Shown: positions 8,233 to 15,548 of the stretch, one piece after another
How the letters are laid out: every line of letters starts with the position of its first letter
Numbering within the stretch: position 1 is the first letter of the stretch
From: a virus
DNA length: 21,064 nt
IMG/VR virus record: IMGVR_UViG_3300046021_000493
Direction: 5' to 3' (one strand)
The notes under the pieces: generated by a model
Told to the model about the DNA's origin: nothing
The model's database searches: none
Seen by the model: only the letters and a program-made list of their open reading frames with translations
Program-made: the position numbers and the translations under genes

Positions 8233-8318
8233 GGAGCGAAAGGTGAGATTCGAACTCACGCCCAATTGGGTCACACGGCTTTGCAGGCCGGGGCCTTAAA
8301 CCACTTGGCTACTTTCGC
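8232..8318 (-). tRNA. tRNA-Cys (anticodon GCA, discriminator U73) with an unusually long variable arm; CCA encoded
   Basis: Hand fold: acceptor GCGAAAG/CTTTCGC; 3-bp D stem GCC/GGC; anticodon loop CUGCAAA; 15-nt variable arm with CCC/GGG stem; T arm GTGAG-TTCGAAT-CTCAC; U73 then CCA. 87 nt. Confidence 0.7.
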
Positions 8319-8320
8319 AT

Positions 8321-8527
8321 TTAAATTTCAATTGCGTTCATCATACAATCGCAATCGAAACACATTGATTTAAAAGCTTCTTCTGAAGAAATTTCTTCTT
8401 CTGGGAGTTCAAATCCTCGATCAACAAAGTCTTGTTTCATCGCGTCCAACGCAGTTTCAGCTTTAATAATTACTGTTTGCAGATCATTGTTAAACCAATC
8501 AATATAACTAACTGCATAACGTTTCAT
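8321..8527 (-). CDS. hypothetical small acidic protein (68 aa), co-transcribed with tRNA-Cys
   Basis: Intact ORF ending TAA 2 nt before the tRNA-Cys 5' end. C-terminus CFDCDCMMNAIEI. A fragment copy lies at 5965-6015. Confidence 0.45.
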   Translation of the reverse strand: MKRYAVSYIDWFNNDLQTVIIKAETALDAMKQDFVDRGFELPEEEISSEEAFKSMCFDCDCMMNAIEI

Positions 8528-8656
8528 ACTTTATCATCCCTTATAAAAAATATGTAGCGACCAACCTTCGCCCTACACATGAGAGCATTTAACTTTTACA
8601 GCTCTGACCATCGAATATTCCGCATCTTGATCGACAAGATTTTTCTTTAAAGAAAA

Positions 8657-8732
8657 TGGTGCGCCGCCCGGGATTCGAACCCGGGACGCCCGCCTTAAAA
8701 GGGCGGTGCTCTGCCAACTGAGCTAGCGGCGC
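8657..8732 (-). tRNA. tRNA-Lys (anticodon UUU), CCA encoded
   Basis: GCGCCGC-TA-GCTC-AGTTGGCA-GAGC-A-CCGCC-CTTTTAA-GGCGG-GCGTC-CCGGG-TTCGAAT-CCCGG-GCGGCGC-A-CCA. Canonical 76-nt cloverleaf. Confidence 0.85.
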
Positions 8733-8867
8733 AAATAAAGAAAAAAACAAGACACTTTAAATCATCTAATCAAAATGGCTGTCAGTGTCTTAATTTAAGA
8801 TTTATATATCGTTAATAAAATGGAAGTCTATTCATTAATTATTTTGGCTCCTTTAAAAAGGATTAAA

Positions 8868-8935
8868 CAAGACGCATTTAAAATATTTATATCAAGCAAA
8901 TAATTTTTTTTAAAAAAATTGCTGGAAGCGTCTTT
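8868..8935. other. long imperfect hairpin with GC clamps AAGACGC...GCGTCTT enclosing an AT-rich palindrome
   Basis: Inverted 7-mers 8869-8875 and 8927-8933 with an internal AGCAA/TTGCT stem. The same clamp pair recurs at 10805-10885. Confidence 0.35.
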
Positions 8936-9243
8936 TATAAATTAATTCTATTAAATATTATACTAATATATTCTCTTCAATATAACTTTATAGTTACCTC
9001 CCAAGAGAATTACTAATAAAATACAAGGCACAAAATTTATTCTTGCAAATATCACAAATATTTAAGAATTTTTTTTGCAGTATATGCCTTTATCCATTTT
9101 ATAAAGTTCAATATATTTTAAAAATATCAATACTCATTTCGAGAGCCGTATCAATAAATTTAACTAATATATTGTTGACTTTACCACATTAATATGTATC
9201 AAAAAGATATTTGAATCTTTCTTGTTCTTCTATATTTATAGAA

Positions 9244-9262
9244 ATTGCTGTGTGGCTCTCAT
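9244..9262 (-). repeat. conserved tRNA-trailer motif, copy 2
   Basis: ATTGCTGTGTGGCTCTCAT (plus strand) matches ATTGCTGTAATGGCTCTCAT at 8213-8232. Here about 100 nt lie between it and the tRNA-Gly CCA end, bounded by inverted CTTCGG/CCGAAG (9265-9270 and 9354-9359). Confidence 0.45.
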
Positions 9263-9359
9263 ATCTTCGGACTTCTTATTTATTCTCTTACGCGCTTATA
9301 TAAATAATTGTAATATTTAAGATTGATTTATACTATCCAGTTTTACTCTGGAGCCGAAG

Positions 9360-9435
9360 TGGAGCGAGATACCAGATTCGAACTGGCCCTTTCAGCTTGG
9401 AAGGCTGACGTGCTAGCCGCTGACACTAATCCCGC
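9360..9435 (-). tRNA. tRNA-Gly (anticodon UCC), U73, CCA encoded
   Basis: GCGGGAT-TA-GTGT-CAGCGGCTA-GCAC-G-TCAGC-CTTCCAA-GCTGA-AAGG-GCCAG-TTCGAAT-CTGGT-ATCTCGC-T-CCA. Confidence 0.85.
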
Positions 9436-9469
9436 ATAAAAGGTATTTTCTTTTTATGTTGAAAATACC
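9436..9469 (-). terminator. hairpin plus TTTTAT immediately 5' of tRNA-Gly (terminator or attenuator for read-through from the 9574-9867 gene)
   Basis: ggtattttc-N10-gaaaatacc, then TTTTAT, then the first tRNA nucleotide. Confidence 0.4.
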
Positions 9470-9543
9470 AAACAATCATTTGTAGGTGGGGATAGGGATT
9501 TAAAGAAAAGGCAATTTAGAAAGTCTTTTAACTTTCTATATAT

Positions 9544-9572
9544 ATTATAACAAAAATTTTTACAAAAATCAA
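9544..9572 (-). promoter_or_regulatory. sigma70-type promoter (TTGATT-N17-TGTTATAAT) for tRNA-Gly
   Basis: Near-identical cassette to 5905-5933. The -35 lies 2 nt after the upstream gene's stop. Confidence 0.55.
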
Positions 9573-9573
9573 A

Positions 9574-9867
9574 TTATTTTGCTTTATACCATTTATACCA
9601 TTCACTGTATGCAGTTAAACGATTTGGATAAGGTTCATACTTGAATCTCCATTGATACCAAGACTTTAAACAAGACCTCCAATACTCTTCAAAAGTTTCT
9701 CCAACTGTTTCATAATCACAAATGTCATATGAGCAAAAATTCTTTTTATAGGATTTATGCTGAAGATTATTAAATTTGTCTCTCCTTATTTTTCTATTTG
9801 CGTACTTTTTAAAATCTTTGTCTTTTTGATCTCCACACCTTGGTGTTTTTTTAAAAGATCTACTCAT
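9574..9867 (-). CDS. hypothetical basic W/Y/K-rich small protein (97 aa)
   Basis: RBS AAAGGAGG, stop TAA. Lies between tRNA-Leu and the tRNA-Gly promoter. No recognisable motif. Confidence 0.45.
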   Translation of the reverse strand: MSRSFKKTPRCGDQKDKDFKKYANRKIRRDKFNNLQHKSYKKNFCSYDICDYETVGETFEEYWRSCLKSWYQWRFKYEPYPNRLTAYSEWYKWYKAK

Positions 9868-9997
9868 TGTCTTTTAACCTCCTTTATTGAGCGTTAAAAG
9901 ACTGAATACCTGCCCATTGGAAACATCCCTTTCTAAAAGAAATAATGGTGCGGGTAGCCGGACTTGAACCGGCACGCTGTTTCCAGCAACAGATTTT

Positions 9998-10761
9998 CTT
10001 GCTACTCTATGTCACCATAGCCACCTTATTGGTGTTGTAGTCTGGACCATGTCTTTACCATATCATTTCTGACTTAGGTAGCTAGTGTATGGCCTCTACA
10101 CAATTTATTCTTTATGACAATTTTTCCCTCGATAAGAATCAGTGAAAGCATGACAATTAGGACATAATAGTTCATAATTGCTTAATTCATTATGATTTTT
10201 ATTCCCATCCTTATGATGTAATTCTAATGGTATTGGCTGTCCTAACCATTCAGTATTCCCACAGCATTCGCATCTATAAGGTTTTAATCCCTCATCTAAT
10301 ATCTTTTTACGAACTTTGTTTGTTTGGATATCTTTACTATTTAAAAGATATTCTTTCAAACTCATTCGTTTTATATCCATATTTTTTGAGATGCCTTTAC
10401 CAGATTGATTTCCATTATAAACAATTCCCATTTTATCTAAATAATGATTTAATGTTTCTTGTTTACAATGTAACTCTTTACTAATAAATGCTTTAGACTA
10501 ATTTTCTGCTATCCATTGTTCTATCTGAGATCTTTTTTCTAAAATATCTGTTCTTGCCAATTAAATCACTCCTTCTATTATATTTAACTTTTAAAAGGGG
10601 CTATTTAATTAGTGTCGTCCAAAAATTTTAGTGTTGCCTAAGAAATTTAGCACGGCGTTCTGTGATTGCCTTCGCCGTTTAGCTAGCTTCTACTCTCATT
10701 GTTTCCAATGAGGCACTCTCTACCATTTCTGGTAGCTCCTTTTGATAGGAGAATCACATTA
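9998..10761 (-). mobile_element. group I intron (tRNA-Leu UAA type) carrying an HNH homing-endonuclease ORF
   Basis: 764 nt. About 200 nt of relatively GC-rich 5' core (10561-10761, containing GGCGAAGGCAATCACAGAACGCC, comparable to the Anabaena intron GACAAGGCAAUCCUGAGCC) and about 95 nt of 3' core (GGTCCAGACTACAAC..., comparable to GGUGCAGAGACUC) flank a 456-nt ORF placed in a peripheral loop. Last intron nucleotide is G. Confidence 0.65.
10105..10560 (-). CDS. HNH endonuclease (intron-encoded homing endonuclease), one in-frame TAG at 10498-10500
   Basis: TTG start with RBS GAAGGAG at 6 nt. C-terminus 'YRCECCGNTEWLGQPIPLELHHKDGNKNHNELSNYELLCPNCH' is the HNH motif. The N-terminal 43 codons (LARTDILEKRSQIEQWIAEN-TAG-SKAFISKELHCKQETLNHYLDK) are in frame with the 10105-10431 track ORF. 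Stop TAA. Confidence 0.65.
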
Positions 10762-10804
10762 AAGTCTGTGGTGTCTGCCATTCCACCATACCCGCATATC
10801 GTAT

Positions 10805-10885
10805 CAAGACGCTCATAATGGATTTGAACCATTTAAAAAATTTTTTAAGAATTTTTTATTACCCAAAAAGGTTTTGCTGTTACAG
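10805..10885 (-). other. structured 5' leader of the tRNA-Leu transcript: 8-bp clamp AAGACGCT/AGCGTCTT enclosing a T-arm-like hairpin (ATGG-TTCAAAT-CCAT)
   Basis: Lies between the promoter at 10927-10955 and the tRNA 5' end at 10795. Same clamp sequence as at 8868-8935. Confidence 0.35.
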
Positions 10886-10926
10886 CGTCTTTATTATTTC
10901 TTTCTTTCTTTCTTTCTTATATATAT

Positions 10927-10955
10927 ATTATATAATATTTTTTTAAAAATGTCAA
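10927..10955 (-). promoter_or_regulatory. consensus sigma70 promoter TTGACA-N17-TATAAT driving tRNA-Leu
   Basis: Perfect -35 and -10 hexamers with a 17-nt spacer, followed by ATATATATATAAGAAAGAAAG. Confidence 0.6.
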
Positions 10956-11006
10956 ATGGACTCTTTTTTCTAAAATTGTTATCTTTTTCTCTTTCTTATA
11001 TATATA

Positions 11007-11034
11007 TTATATAATAAATTTTATTAAAAATCAA
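11007..11034 (-). promoter_or_regulatory. second tandem promoter TTGATT-N16-TATAAT
   Basis: Located 80 nt upstream of the previous promoter. Same downstream ATATATATAAGAAAGAG motif. Confidence 0.45.
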
Positions 11035-11094
11035 ATAATTTTATTATATATAAAAATATAAGGAGCCTTTTATAGTCATGCTCAGGACTTTAAA

Positions 11095-11430
11095 TTAAAA
11101 CTGACTTACAAGATTTTCAACATCTTCACTAGCCTGCTTTAGACTAGCAAGGGAATCATTGTAATAATCAACCATCTTATTATAATATGCGATATTCTTT
11201 TCAAGTTCGTTCTTTGCAGAAACAATCTTTTTATATGCTCGACCCGCTCTCTTTGTTGCTACCTTTTCATTACAACGAGCTGCAGCGATCTTCTTTCCAG
11301 AATCAATGGAGAATGTATCTCGAGGGTCGCACTTTGCAATACCCTTCACTGTACGTCCTGCATATGTGGAAACCGCAATCACCTTATTCTGAGTTGTATA
11401 ATAATTATACCTATCCAGAGAATATTCCAT
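11095..11430 (-). CDS. hypothetical protein (111 aa) with C-terminal coiled coil
   Basis: Intact ORF, stop TAA, follows the 3' part of the interrupted tRNA. Motif 'VIAVSTYAGRTVKGIAKCDPRDTFS' does not match any family I can name. Confidence 0.45.
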   Translation of the reverse strand: MEYSLDRYNYYTTQNKVIAVSTYAGRTVKGIAKCDPRDTFSIDSGKKIAAARCNEKVATKRAGRAYKKIVSAKNELEKNIAYYNKMVDYYNDSLASLKQASEDVENLVSQF

Positions 11431-11472
11431 TTATTTAACACCTTTTTCTCTAATATTCTTCCTTTTGGAAGT

Positions 11473-12035
11473 TGGAGCTGCTGACAGGAATCGAACCTGC
11501 AACCTACTGATTTATTCATCAATGCTTATTAATTACTTGCCTCCTATTTTAAAATAACTGCTAATTCATAATCTTTTGCCATAGAAATATGAGTTTGTTG
11601 TCCATTTTTTGGAGGATTAAACCATAAAGTTTTTTCAGTACTACACTCTTCTACAGGAACAAAATAACATTTATTATTCCAATAAGTCGCAAAATAATCA
11701 ATTTGTTCTTTAGTATATCGTTGATAAACAATATGGGTATTAGTTGCATGAGTACTACGGCAAGCAAAAATAATAGCATCATTTGGATTACTTACAGTTT
11801 GTTTTAAATGACAAGTTTTTACTTGAATTTTTAATAATTTTCCATCAATATCAAGGATGAAATCATATCTTGAATTTTCTCCATAAGGAATACTTACTGA
11901 ATATCCTAAAGCATAACATGCAGATATACATTGTAATTCAGTTAAATTACCTTTTTGTTTTTTATCTAATTCCATAATTTTTCATTAAAAGTTTGATGGA
12001 CAAATCAGTTGCGCTACCAATTGCGCCACAGCAGC
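11473..12035 (-). tRNA. tRNA gene interrupted in the anticodon loop by a 487-bp insert (5' part 12002-12035, 3' part 11473-11514); identity uncertain (U73; anticodon possibly UUA if joined at 34/35)
   Basis: 5' part GCTGCTG-T-G-GCGC-AATTGGTA-GCGC-A-ACTGA-TTT... 3' part ...TAAA-TCAGT-AGGTT-GCAGG-TTCGATT-CCTGT-CAGCAGC-T-CCA. Acceptor, D, anticodon and T stems all pair perfectly only across the insert. Consensus promoter TTGACA-N17-TATAAT at 12087-12115 sits directly upstream. Confidence 0.55.
11544..11975 (-). CDS. small nuclease with the PD-(D/E)xK catalytic fold, Hjc-like (Hjc is the archaeal Holliday-junction resolvase), Gln in place of the catalytic Glu (KIQVK); fills the tRNA insert
   Basis: 143 aa. 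'TELQC...YDFILDIDGKLLKIQVKT...IDYFATYWNNKCYFVPV' follows the Hjc pattern E...PDLIA...IEVK...F with E changed to Q. Starts 26 nt after the 5' tRNA half. Ends at TAG 11544-11546, with TAATAA five codons further on. Confidence 0.55.
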   Translation of the reverse strand: MELDKKQKGNLTELQCISACYALGYSVSIPYGENSRYDFILDIDGKLLKIQVKTCHLKQTVSNPNDAIIFACRSTHATNTHIVYQRYTKEQIDYFATYWNNKCYFVPVEECSTEKTLWFNPPKNGQQTHISMAKDYELAVILK

Positions 12036-12086
12036 ATATCTAAGTTAAGAGAAGATTTTTTATTTCTTCCCTTAACTTATATATAT

Positions 12087-12115
12087 ATTATATCATTTTT
12101 TTTTAAAAATGTCAA
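12087..12115 (-). promoter_or_regulatory. consensus promoter TTGACA-N17-TATAAT for the interrupted tRNA and nuclease
   Basis: Perfect hexamers, then ATATATATAAGTTAAGG. Confidence 0.6.
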
Positions 12116-12140
12116 TAAAATTTTTTATCTTAACATAATA

Positions 12141-12183
12141 AAAAAGACCAAAAAGCCTTGTTATATAAAATATAACAAGGCTT
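12141..12183 (-). terminator. rho-independent terminator ending the TAG-containing operon
   Basis: 13-bp stem aagccttgttata/tataacaaggctt. Minus-strand tail TTTGGTCTTTTTT. Sits 5 nt after the TGA of the last gene. Confidence 0.65.
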
Positions 12184-12187
12184 TTTT

Positions 12188-13108
12188 TCATTCAAATATG
12201 TTCCAATTAATTTCATTTTTTAGTAATATAACATTATCTTGAGCTCTTTGATATAATTCTAATGTTGTCTCAAAGACATATTCAGGTTTAATCATATACC
12301 TTACATAATTTAATATAATTTCTAAACCTTGAAGAGTTCTTCCTTCTAATTTAAAATTTTCAAATCCATTTTTAGAATATTCTAAGATTTCATCTGGAGA
12401 TAAATTATTATGAGAATTACAAATAGATAATGCCAAAGTAGAACCTTTTATTTTACAATCTATGCTGTACTATTGTCCAAACATTAAATGTTCTATTCCA
12501 TTTAACCTATAATGTTCTTTTCTATTTGGACACCCAGGAGGACAAATTGCATTACACAAAAATTCAATTTTCTTTTTATCCTCTTCACCTAAACTATATA
12601 AAATTTTTGTGTTTTTATTTGTATTATAATCTAAACAAACCATATGATATTTCCCGCTACGAACTTCATCTAAAGATTCTTCTAATGTTTTGCATTTCGT
12701 AGTAGATGAAATAAATTTATATTTTGGATAATTTTGTCTTAGATAATCCTCTAAAATTCCATTATTTATAACTATTTCATTTAAATCATTTTCACAAATC
12801 TCAGTAACTAAATTACAAAATCTATTGTCTAAATGTTTTTGTTCAACTATTGGATTTGTATATATTAATCTTAATGGAATTTTTTTATTATTTAAGTAAT
12901 CTCTTATATAACAAATCTATTCATATGTTGCTTGCTAATAACCATTAAAGGTTCTTCCACCATCCCAAATGCAATGTTGAAAAGTTCCATAACAAGCACC
13001 AAAAGATATATCTTTTCTAAAAACTTCTGGTTTATCTTCATATAGTTCAATAATTGATTTATTTATATAAAATCTTTCATATAAACCAGGTAACATCATT
13101 TTTATCAT
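12188..13108 (-). CDS. Cys-rich protein (possible Fe-S or auxiliary enzyme), 3 in-frame TAG, stop TGA
   Basis: 306 codons from ATG 13106-13108 (ATGA overlap with the upstream stop) to TGA 12188-12190. The only in-frame stops are 3 TAG. Contains 'FGACYGTFQHC' and 'CNAICPPGCPNR'. Confidence 0.5.
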
Positions 13109-13923
13109 TGCTTTATTCCTCTTAAAATTAAATCTACTGTATCTCTATACTCTGGTTTTATAAAAGTATCTAAATACATTGGAATTAAACTAACTCCATT
13201 ATCAAGTGGTAAATGTTTTGTATCAAAATAAAAATATTTAATTCCTAACTTTTTAAAAGCTATTATTTGTTCTATATTACAATATAATCCATTTACCTTC
13301 TCGCATTCTCTAAATTCAGAATGAAATTTATAATTATAAATATTTTCCCATTCTTTTAAATAACAATTCTAAATTAAATCACAGTTAATACAAGAATCAT
13401 ATAAATTTAATTCTATCTTATTTTTTGGAATAAAATTTGGAAAATCTGGAGCATTAAAATCAAATCGAATTCTTTCTAAATCAGTAATGTTTGCATCCTA
13501 ATGCATTAAATAAAATTTTGAACCAATAAATTTAAAATATGGATATTTTTGTAAAATAATATTTCTTACTTTTGGATTACTTATTAAACAACTATTTGAT
13601 CCGTTATTATTTAATGATAATAAAATATTTTCTGCATTATCATTAAAGTCTTTATCTACTAATAATGGATTACTTATGTCAAATATTATTGGCAAAAATC
13701 CAAAGTCACTTGTTAAATTATTCATACTATAATAATTTGCAAATCCAATATTATTATTTATTGATCCATTCCAATAGTGAAATGGTAAATTACCTTCTTG
13801 AGCAATAAATTTTATTTCATTCTAATCCCAAATGAAAAATTTTGAATTCTTCAAAAATAAAGATACTAAGCGCTCATTTATTTGTTTGTAATAATAAAAA
13901 TTTGGTAAAGTAAAATATATCAT
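13105..13923 (-). CDS. Cys-rich protein (C-terminal CxxC...C...C cluster; possible twitch/SPASM-like module), 3 in-frame TAG, stop TGA
   Basis: 272 codons, ATG 13921-13923 directly after the TAA of the upstream gene. TAGs at 13822, 13498 and ~13350. Contains 'DSCINCDLI-TAG-NCYLKEW..ECEKVNGLYC'. Confidence 0.5.
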
Positions 13924-14901
13924 TTATAGCCTCAATTCAAAAATTTGATTTTGTAATAACTCCATAATATTTAATGACTATGGACATACTATTTCGCATT
14001 GTCCGCAAAAAGTGCAATTATGTGATGGTTCTCCAGTAAAAGATTTGTATTTAGCAAACTGTAAAAATGATGACTTATCTTTAAGTGATTTATTATATAA
14101 ATTAAATATAAATCCAACTGGAATATGCTACGGACAAGCAAGATAGCATCTTCTACAATTTAAACATTTTATTTCAGAAATTTGAATATCTTTTTTAATA
14201 TAACTTTGTGGATTTCTAATATAATTTAAAGTATCTTTAAATGAATTAATATTTGTATTCCCACAAAGAACATATTCAACATTTAAGTCTTTAAAAAATG
14301 AATATGCATTACCAATATCATCTTTTAAAGATCCTCCTTTTAAAGGAGCTTGCGCAATTATTGGAATATTATATTTCATAGCAATTCTATAATTCTAATC
14401 TGCTAAACAAAAATTCCAATCGTATATATTTAATGGCATCTATAAAATATCAAAACACTTTAAATTTAACATTTGATCTAAAGTGTCAGGATCACACTGG
14501 ATATTTAATCCAAATTTTTTTATAAATCCATCTTTTTTCTTTTTTAACAAAAATGGAATAATTTTTAATTCCATTAAATCATATAAACAAGTATCATCTA
14601 TCGCCTATATCTCATATATATCAAAATAATGACCAGGTACTTTTTGTATTTGTTTTTCAAATACTTCCTAAAAATTATAATTTGTTACAAAATTTTTTAT
14701 TGGTAATTTTCCAATAATTTCATAAGATTCTCTTGAATATGCCTATAATAAATTATAAACAAAATTTTCACAATTATTATTTAAATAAAATGGGCATGTT
14801 TCAAAAGTGTTTACACCATTAGATATTGCAAAGTCAACTAACTGCTGACTCTGCAATATCTAATTTTCATCATGCCTCATAAATCCTAAGGCAATTTTCA
14901 T
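13924..14901 (-). CDS. aldo/keto reductase fused to two 4Fe-4S ferredoxin motifs (COG1453-like oxidoreductase), 8 in-frame TAG, stop TAA
   Basis: 325 codons. N-terminus 'MKIALGFMRHDEN..LVDFAISNGVNTFETCPFY' resembles the AKR start (LGFGCMRLP..IDxAxxxGINxxDTA). C-terminus has 'CLNCRRCYLACP' and 'CTFCGQCEIVCP' (CxxCxxCxxxCP), each followed directly by TAG. ATG 14899-14901 overlaps the upstream TGA (ATGA). Confidence 0.6.
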
Positions 14902-15548
14902 TTGACTTCTTGATACTCCATTACTTGGCCCAATAGACCTTGATAAATTTTAGAATAATCTCTATTTAAATTAGGGGTTTTAGGTTCTCCAACCATTCTT
15001 AATACTTTTCCATTGTGGTCAATTTCAAATTGGGCGAAATAAGTCTTCCCAGGGAAAGAAAGGTTATCTCTTAATTTCATAATAACGGTACTTCCTTCTG
15101 CTGGATATTGTAATTCTGGATGTGCAGATGGAGGGAAAGAAGTATATTTTTTTCTAAAAAATTCAGCGATTTCTTCATCTGAATTTAATAATTCTATATC
15201 TGATGGAGCACCATAATCCATGTTTTCATTTTTATCTTTTTGCTTTACATTATCACATGGCTTATGAGGTTCAGCGTCACATTTATCTTTTTCAGGTGGA
15301 AATAATGTTTCTAAAATCATTCTTGTTTCCACTTGAGTCTTTACTAATTTTGTTAATCCATTAAAACTTAAATCTTTATCTATTAAGTTACAAGCGATTA
15401 ATAGTAAAGTATTACACTCGTTGTCATCAAAATGAGGAGTGTCAAAAATCTATACAAAGAAATTATTTATTTCATTAACATCATAGTCTTTATTTAATAA
15501 AGATCTATTTATCTTCAAGATAAAATCTTTTGAATAATAGGATTCCAT
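14898..15548 (-). CDS. hypothetical protein, 1 in-frame TAG, stop TGA
   Basis: 216 codons, ATG 15546-15548 with RBS GGAGG at 8 nt. TAG at 15450-15452. No family recognised. Confidence 0.45.

Larger units (their letters stand above)
9946..10795 (-). tRNA. tRNA-Leu (anticodon UAA), type II, split by a group I intron between U34 and A35 (5' exon 10762-10795, 3' exon 9946-9997, CCA encoded)
   Basis: 5' exon GCGGGTA-T-G-GTG-GAATGGCAGA-CAC-C-ACAGA-CUU. 3' exon AAAA-UCUGU-[variable arm U-GCUG-GAAA-CAGC-GU]-GCCGG-TTCAAGT-CCGGC-TACCCGC-A-CCA. Joined, this gives an 86-nt tRNA with loop CUUAAAA. Exon flanks closely resemble the cyanobacterial/plastid pre-tRNA-Leu(UAA) junctions (..GGACUU / AAAAUC.GUUG..GGUUCAAGUCC). 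The 5' exon ends in U and the intron ends in G. Confidence 0.75.

Noticed and set aside
8096-8299. 67-aa plus-strand ORF
   Set aside because: Its 3' part is the reverse complement of tRNA-Cys and the rest is a low-complexity AT-rich spacer.
10560-10860. Free-standing ~250-nt GC-rich ncRNA, or a third tRNA (T-loop-like GGTTCAAATCC at 10815-10830)
   Set aside because: This is better explained as the 5' half of the group I intron core plus the tRNA-Leu 5' exon and its leader. The T-loop look-alike lacks acceptor and D arms.
10897-10913. (CTTT)4 microsatellite
   Set aside because: This is just part of the conserved A/G-rich initial-transcribed motif (AAGAAAGAAAG on the minus strand) that follows the promoter -10, not an independent repeat locus.
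11462-11540. Reading the 3' tRNA half alone as a tRNA fragment or pseudogene
   Set aside because: A perfectly matching 5' half with D arm and anticodon 5' stem exists 487 nt upstream, directly behind a consensus promoter. It is therefore described as an interrupted tRNA instead.
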